Source: the human T2T-CHM13v2.0 reference genome, Homo sapiens. From it: DNA of 64,000 nt. Under the pieces are notes generated by a model, which saw nothing but the letters and a program-made list of their open reading frames with translations, was not told the origin of the DNA and did not search any database. Position numbers and translations under genes: made by a program. The stretch's first letter is position 1. The number at the start of each line of letters is the position of its first letter. Location of the stretch: NCBI RefSeq assembly GCF_009914755.1, contig NC_060937.1, one strand, 5' to 3'. Positions 57,101 to 64,000 of this stretch are shown one piece after another.

Positions 57101-57488
57101 ACACACACACAGAGGAAATTTAAACACTCACCCCACCTCTCCCTTCCCTTAAGAAGCAAACGACGCCAAGATCTGCACCACGGTGGCCGGAACCAGCAAA
57201 CGCTAACAGCCGGAGGCCGCCCGCCTCCCGGGCGCCTGCAGGCGGCGGGCACCGGGCGCCGACTCTCCCTCCTGGACCAGACCCACACCCGAGTCCACGC
57301 CAGCCCCGCAGCCCGGGCGAGCGAAGACAGCCGCGAAGGACCAAGGCTCCGGGGCGAGCTGTGGCGCCGCTCCGGCCGCCTCCCGGGGCGCGGCGCTGAC
57401 CCACACCCAGCTGACGCCCGCACCTGAGGCGGCTGCCCGCAGCCAGCGAGAGGGCGCGCAGCGAGGCGGGCAGGGCAAAGTTACTCAC

Positions 57489-57650
57489 TGGGAAAGCGCG
57501 GCTGCCCGGGCCGCGCACGGGCTCCTGGCGCCGCTGCTCGGCACCAGCTCCCGCTCTCCGCGGCCCGCTGAGGGAGCGGAGAGCCTGCCCGGCTCCGCTC
57601 CGCCAGGAATCGCCGCCGCCGCCGCCGCCGCCGCGGATTTCCTGGCAAAA
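57489..57650 (-). other. LNX2: LNX2 non-coding first exon (TSS end approximate)
   Basis: Consensus donor CCA|GTGAGTAA at 57489/57488 inside the CpG island, just downstream of CCAAT and GC boxes. Confidence 0.75.
57611..57634. repeat. (CGC)8 / CGG-type trinucleotide repeat
   Basis: CGCCGCCGCCGCCGCCGCCGCCGC uninterrupted. Confidence 0.95.
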
Positions 57651-57739
57651 AGCAAACTCCGGCCAAGACTTCACTTCTCAACCGCCCCTGCTGCCTTCCC
57701 GGGGGCAGCGCCAAGGCCGAGCGGCCCAACCCGCACCCG

Positions 57740-57790
57740 GGCCAATCGGAGGTAGCACAGGGCGGGAGGTGGGCGGACCAGAGGGCGGCT
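57740..57790. promoter_or_regulatory. CCAAT box and three GC boxes
   Basis: CCAAT at 57742-57746 in GGCCAATCGG; GGGCGG at 57760, 57771 and 57783. Confidence 0.7.
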
Positions 57791-58514
57791 CCACCTATCC
57801 GAGAGCTCGGGAGGCGGGCCAGAAGGGACCCGTCACTCCCGGGTTAGAGTGAGACCACTCCGCCCTCGCCGCCCGCCTCCCCCACTCGCCCCGGGCTGTC
57901 CCCGCCGCCCGCCTGATTCCCCTGCGGAAGCCCCGCTGGCTAGGTGTCTGCGCGCACCCCCGGCCGCCGCCAAGAGTGGCACAGCTGGGGAAGGAGTGAA
58001 CATCCAGAGGAATCGCGGGGCGGGGTGGGGGGAGGCCAGGAGAACAGGTGGCGCAGGGAAGCAGAAACGTAGTTGCGCTGGACAGCTGGAGTCGGGCAGG
58101 GTCGGGGCCAGCGGCGAGGGGACAAGAAGGGCCGATTCGAGAGGAAGCGCACCTGAGGGAGCACAGCGAAGGCCGGGACGCAGGGAGCTGGATGGAGAGC
58201 GAGCCTGGGCGGCGAAAGGTTGCCGAGGCGGGGGCTGGGCGCCTGGGAACAAAGGTGAGGGCGGGTTCCGCAGGTGAGGAGGTTTGAGGAGCCACTGGGG
58301 AGAAAGGGAAAAGGAAGTCTACAGCCGGAGAGGACGCGCTCTGGGGGTAGAAGGAATCCTAGGACGGAAAGGATAAGGTGGGAAACAGTTTTCTCCCAAA
58401 CTCTCACTCCCCCAAAAGAGACATTTCTTTCTTGCCCTATTTTGACCCAGTTGAAAATGCAACTGCAAGCTCCCCGGTGAAACAAATACCGCCTTCAACC
58501 TTCGTATTCTGTGG

Positions 58515-58534
58515 TGACTCATCTCGCACGTGAC
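58515..58534. promoter_or_regulatory. Adjacent AP-1 site and E-box
   Basis: TGACTCA at 58515-58521 and CACGTG at 58527-58532. Confidence 0.5.
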
Positions 58535-59097
58535 CCCCCTCCCTCTTCAAGGTGTGTTGACCGACTACAGTTTAAGCCTGTCGTCCCACAAAAGGCCCGG
58601 GAGGGCCGGGGTCCCAGGAAGGGCCATCCTGGGTCAACACCGCCCCAGTTGGGAAGTCGGGCCGCTTTCGGACTTGCCACTGGGAAGGGAAGTGATTTGG
58701 GGGCGGCAGGTAAGGCCGCGCCCCTTCGCCATCACCTGGGGAAAGGTACCAGAGTTGAGCCGGGGCGCCCGCAGGCCTGTCTGGGCCTCGGGGTAAGGCG
58801 GCGCTGGCCCCGCCCCCTGCCCCTCCCGCCGCGAGTGGCCTCGCGTGGTCGCCCAGGTGAGCCGCGGGGCCGCGAGCCACCGCTCACCCCGCGTCGGGGC
58901 GGGGGCTGGGGGTGGAGCCTCATGCCCCGCCCCGCGGCTGGGCCCTGCTGCGCCGCTGCGGCTCCTCCTCCCTCCTTCCGTCCTCCGCGCCTTCCGTCGG
59001 TCGGTCCTTGCTTCCTGCTTCGCCTCCGCGCCTCGCGCTATGGGACAGAGCCCCCGATCCGCCAGCACCACCTGAGGATCCAGAAACCGCCCCAGCG

Positions 59098-59123
59098 ATG
59101 GAAGAGGATCAGGAGCTGGAGAG
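59098..59123 (+). CDS. POLR1D: POLR1D first coding exon (MEEDQELE, 26 nt)
   Basis: GCGATGG start; donor GAGAG|GTAACG; phase joins the 59989 exon to give MEEDQELERKISG... Confidence 0.95.
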
Positions 59124-59988
59124 GTAACGGCCGAGGAGGAGGCGGGCGGAGCGGGCCGCGCCCAAGGGGAGCGGGTGGCCGAGGGGCACGCTGCCTGGCC
59201 TGGCAGCCGGGGCCTGACTCGGGGCGCAGAGAAGAAGCATGGAGAGAGAAGTGGGGAGGAGACATGAATGTGTTTCAGTTGAGAGGCTGAGAGGTACACT
59301 AGCTATCAAGGAGGGAAGACAAGTTGGGAGACCAGAGTTAAGTATCCGAACTGCCCACCCCCGTTACAACAGCAGTGTGTAAAAATCACGCCCCGGGCCT
59401 CTGCTCCTGAGGACGGTACTCGTGCCTCTGTCCCTGTAACTACGGCTCACCTTCTTTCTATGTGCAGACTGCTCCTAAAGCCACTCTGTGCGCTGAGCTC
59501 TTTTTCTCCCTGCTGCTTGACTCCTGAACCTTCCATTCTCCTAGTTTCCTTCTCTTGCAAAATGGAAGCCGTAGTTGGGCCTGCACATTGATCATCTGTA
59601 TCCTCTATTTTTATACTAGAGCAATCGGGATTTCTATGCCTTTCAACCCTCTCTTCATCCTCTAGCAGGACCAGTCCTATTCTAATCCTATCCCTTGCTT
59701 GTGACTCTACCAAAAAATATTTTTGCAAACACTTAAGTTTGTGTTTTTCTAAGAAAACTCCCCTTGTGGCCAGTGTGGATGGTCAAATGGAGCAGGGAAA
59801 AACTGGAGGCAATAAATTAAATATTTATTGATAGAGTTTGTGGAGGCAGGAAAATGAGAGGCGAATAATTCTGTGTAGCTGGAGTAGATTAATAATAATG
59901 TGTTGCAATGTGATATAGTAAATGAGAAAAAGCTAGTTACAAAACAATATTCAGTATGATCTCATTTTTATAAAAAATATGTGTGTAG

Positions 59989-60364
59989 AAAAATATCTGG
60001 ATTGAAGACCTCAATGGCTGAAGGCGAGAGGAAGACAGCCCTGGAAATGGTCCAGGCAGCTGGAACAGATAGACACTGTGTGACATTTGTATTGCACGAG
60101 GAAGACCATACCCTAGGAAATTCTCTACGTTACATGATCATGAAGAACCCGGAAGTGGAATTTTGTGGTTACACTACGACCCATCCTTCAGAGAGCAAAA
60201 TTAATTTACGCATTCAGACTCGAGGTACCCTTCCAGCTGTTGAGCCATTTCAGAGAGGCCTGAATGAGCTCATGAATGTCTGCCAACATGTGCTTGACAA
60301 GTTTGAGGCCAGCATAAAGGACTATAAGGATCAAAAAGCAAGCAGAAATGAATCCACATTCTAG
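59989..60364 (+). CDS. POLR1D: POLR1D terminal coding exon; RNA polymerase I/III subunit RPAC2 (AC19, RPB11-like); 133 aa with exon 1
   Basis: Acceptor TGTGTAG|A; [36 protein letters not shown] is the RPB11/AC19 signature; 26+376=402 nt ending TAG. Confidence 0.97.
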
Positions 60365-60539
60365 TCCTTTATGCAGTATACAAGGAGAACTGTCCTGTAG
60401 GATATTCTCTTCCTGATGGTGCAGAACCCAGAATTAGAAGTTTGTGGTTACAGCATACTCTGTCCTTCAGAAAGGCGTGATTCTAGCTGTTGACCCCTTG
60501 CAGCTGTTGGAATCTCTGCAAGAACCTCTGTATTCTTCT

Positions 60540-60545
60540 AATAAA
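60540..60545 (+). terminator. POLR1D: Polyadenylation signal of the short POLR1D (RPAC2) mRNA
   Basis: AATAAA 175 nt after the stop codon, followed by T- and GT-rich sequence. Confidence 0.8.
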
Positions 60546-61609
60546 TTCCCTCTTTTATTTAAACTAGTTTGACTGGTTTCTGTTCCATGCAACCAAATGG
60601 TCCTTGAGGATGACTTTTTTTCTAATTAAGCCAGCATTGAAAATGAGGAAACTGAGAATATCAGAGGCCTAGACAAGAACTGTGATCATGGGAATTAAAA
60701 GAAGTATATATCCATGTCTGTAGTTGGAGTGGTGGGGGTAAGGGAAGAGACAAAAACCATGACCCCAGTTAGATTGTTGTTTAAAAACAGAAGGAAAGAA
60801 GATTGGGGTGGGGACTTGGCTTCTTGCTAAACTTTTTGGCTTTTAAAGAATTGCATCATTTGCTGTGATTGGTAGACTTGGCAAGGGTGGGAATAATTTG
60901 GAAGAAGTGTGAGAATTCTGGTTTTACATGAGAGTTTTAGGGAGTAAGGCTCCATCTTTGAGGCATTTACAGGAAAGATACCAGTTTACTGCTTGAATTT
61001 TGGGATATACTTAGTCATGATCTAAGTAAGGTAAGATGTTTTGATTATATTACAGAAGGAGAAAATTGGGATGACTAGAAAACATTTTCAGTCCTTAAGT
61101 AGGTATAGCCTAGGGTAATGTAGAAGAAGCCCTATTTGAGAGAAGGTAAAGCCAAGGAGAAGGAAAATTCCATATAGGGGAAATGACTGTTTTGGAAAAC
61201 ACATATCCCACCCGCCAGTGCTCTGTGCTTTGGGCCCTTGTTTATCTATCCCCTCTTCCTGGGCCAGTCTTACTCCTGCCGTACTCTTAAGTCAAAGCTT
61301 ATGTGTCAGGCCTCTCAGCCTAGTTTGGGTACTTCTTTGTGCTTTCATTACACCCTGTGTTTCCTGGCCTTGGCATTTACTATGCTATTGGTAGTGCTTA
61401 TCTTGTTTACCCACTAAACCAACTTGGAGGTCAACATGATTCTGGTACCTGGAACACCTGACAGGTAGTGGACACTTAGTAAATACTCTATGAATTCATG
61501 TAAGTAGTTATGGCATGCAGCTTTTCAGTCACTCAAACCTGACCTCTTACACTAGCGTGCCATAGAGCCTACATTTCCTACACTCAGCCAAATTCTTTAA
61601 AGAGATATC

Positions 61610-63000
<1,391 letters not shown>

Positions 63001-64000
63001 AGCATTAGTTTACTGCCTAAGAAGAGTAAACATTACCACTCATTATACAGAGGAATGGCTTAGTTTGGTTTTCCAATAAAAGAATCACATGAAGACATTG
63101 GAAGAGGTGAGTTTAGGCGGGAGCAGGGATGTCATAGGGCAAGGATACAGCATATTCTCTTATGGTGACAGTAAGAAATTCTGGAAAGTCAATGTTTGTT
63201 TAAGGGCATTAGCCTTTGAAGATAAAAGGAAGCTCAAAAAGGATGTGGAAAAGGATTAAAAACTTTTTTCCTCTCCCAAAACTTTGCCTGTGGGGATAGT
63301 AAACAGAATTACTTACCTGGAGTTTAATTCCTCTAAACCAAGGCCTGTCAGGAGATGAAAACAAAGTTTAATTAGTGGACATCAAGGTACAGACTGATGA
63401 TAGTAGATGAAGTACAGTGGGAAACACAGCCAGAGGCGACCGCTCACCACATCACAACTTCATTGCACCTAAAAGAATTTAGACTGATCACGTAGAATGC
63501 AGTCTTGAATGTCTTTAGGGTGACCATAAACTCACGGGTTCATACAAAACACCTGCAGAAGGCAGTTGGGTGGAGGGAAGAAACTGAGAAGGGGGCAGGC
63601 AGGTTAACCAAGAGTCTTGTATATGTGAAAGGAATCTGCATAAAGTCTGTAGGGACCTGAGGGAAAGCTGAGTTGGTCCAAAAAGGACTAGGGAGATGAA
63701 TGTGAATCTTATACATCCTGTGAAAAGTTAATCCGCATCTGATTTGCACTCCAATAGCATTTCATTCTAAATAAACTCATGCCAGTGATTCAAGATCAGA
63801 AATTCTCTTCAGCTGTAAAGTACTGTGACTTTTAAAAAGCTGATTATTAAATATATACCAAAGGCTTTTAACATGTAGTAATTCTGAGTACTTGCTGGTA
63901 CTTTCTATTTTCAAAGTACTTTACAAGCTAATTATTTACAAATTGCATATAGCTGTAACATCTAAGTACTCTAATTAGTTGGCATAATGCACAGGTTCAC

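Larger units (their letters stand above)
57180..59240. promoter_or_regulatory. CpG island / bidirectional promoter region of LNX2 and POLR1D
   Basis: Abrupt switch to very GC- and CpG-rich sequence spanning the first exons of two divergent genes. Confidence 0.95.

Noticed and set aside
56846-59309. Many overlapping long ORFs (up to 259 aa) on both strands
   Set aside because: Arg/Pro/Gly/Ala-rich with no recognisable domain; expected from stop-codon scarcity in a CpG island
59981-59988. ORF-track start of POLR1D at 59981 (MCRK)
   Set aside because: This is a GTG in intronic sequence; the frame is supplied by splicing from the ATG at 59098
63308-63322. Perfect minus-strand donor CAG|GTAAGT
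   Set aside because: No matching acceptor or ORF identified; a 9-mer match is plausible by chance

Overview
Primate, almost certainly human, genomic DNA at the head-to-head LNX2 / POLR1D locus, recognised from the protein sequences and Alu content. Minus strand: the 5' part of LNX2 (RING + PDZ E3 ubiquitin ligase, ligand of Numb protein X2), with a non-coding first exon in a CpG island near 57.5 kb, a ~38.6 kb first intron and coding exons at 18365-18771 (Zn-RING-Zn), 6096-6343 (NPAF Numb-binding motif) and 4707-4906 (start of PDZ1). The gene continues beyond the left edge. Plus strand: POLR1D (RPAC2/AC19, shared Pol I/III subunit), complete as a 26-nt coding exon plus a 376-nt coding terminal exon (133 aa) with an AATAAA. 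The rest is intronic DNA rich in Alu, L1, L2, MIR, LTR and DNA-transposon relics; repeat family names and most repeat boundaries are by-eye estimates. I found no convincing new gene system. Best leads: (1) the POLR1D terminal exon looks like a captured retrocopy using an L1-derived splice acceptor; (2) LNX2 exon 2 has the architecture of a translatable AUG-containing circRNA with a new C-terminus; (3) both genes carry short uORFs; (4) a triplicated Z-DNA-prone repeat sits ~1.4 kb from LNX2 exon 2.
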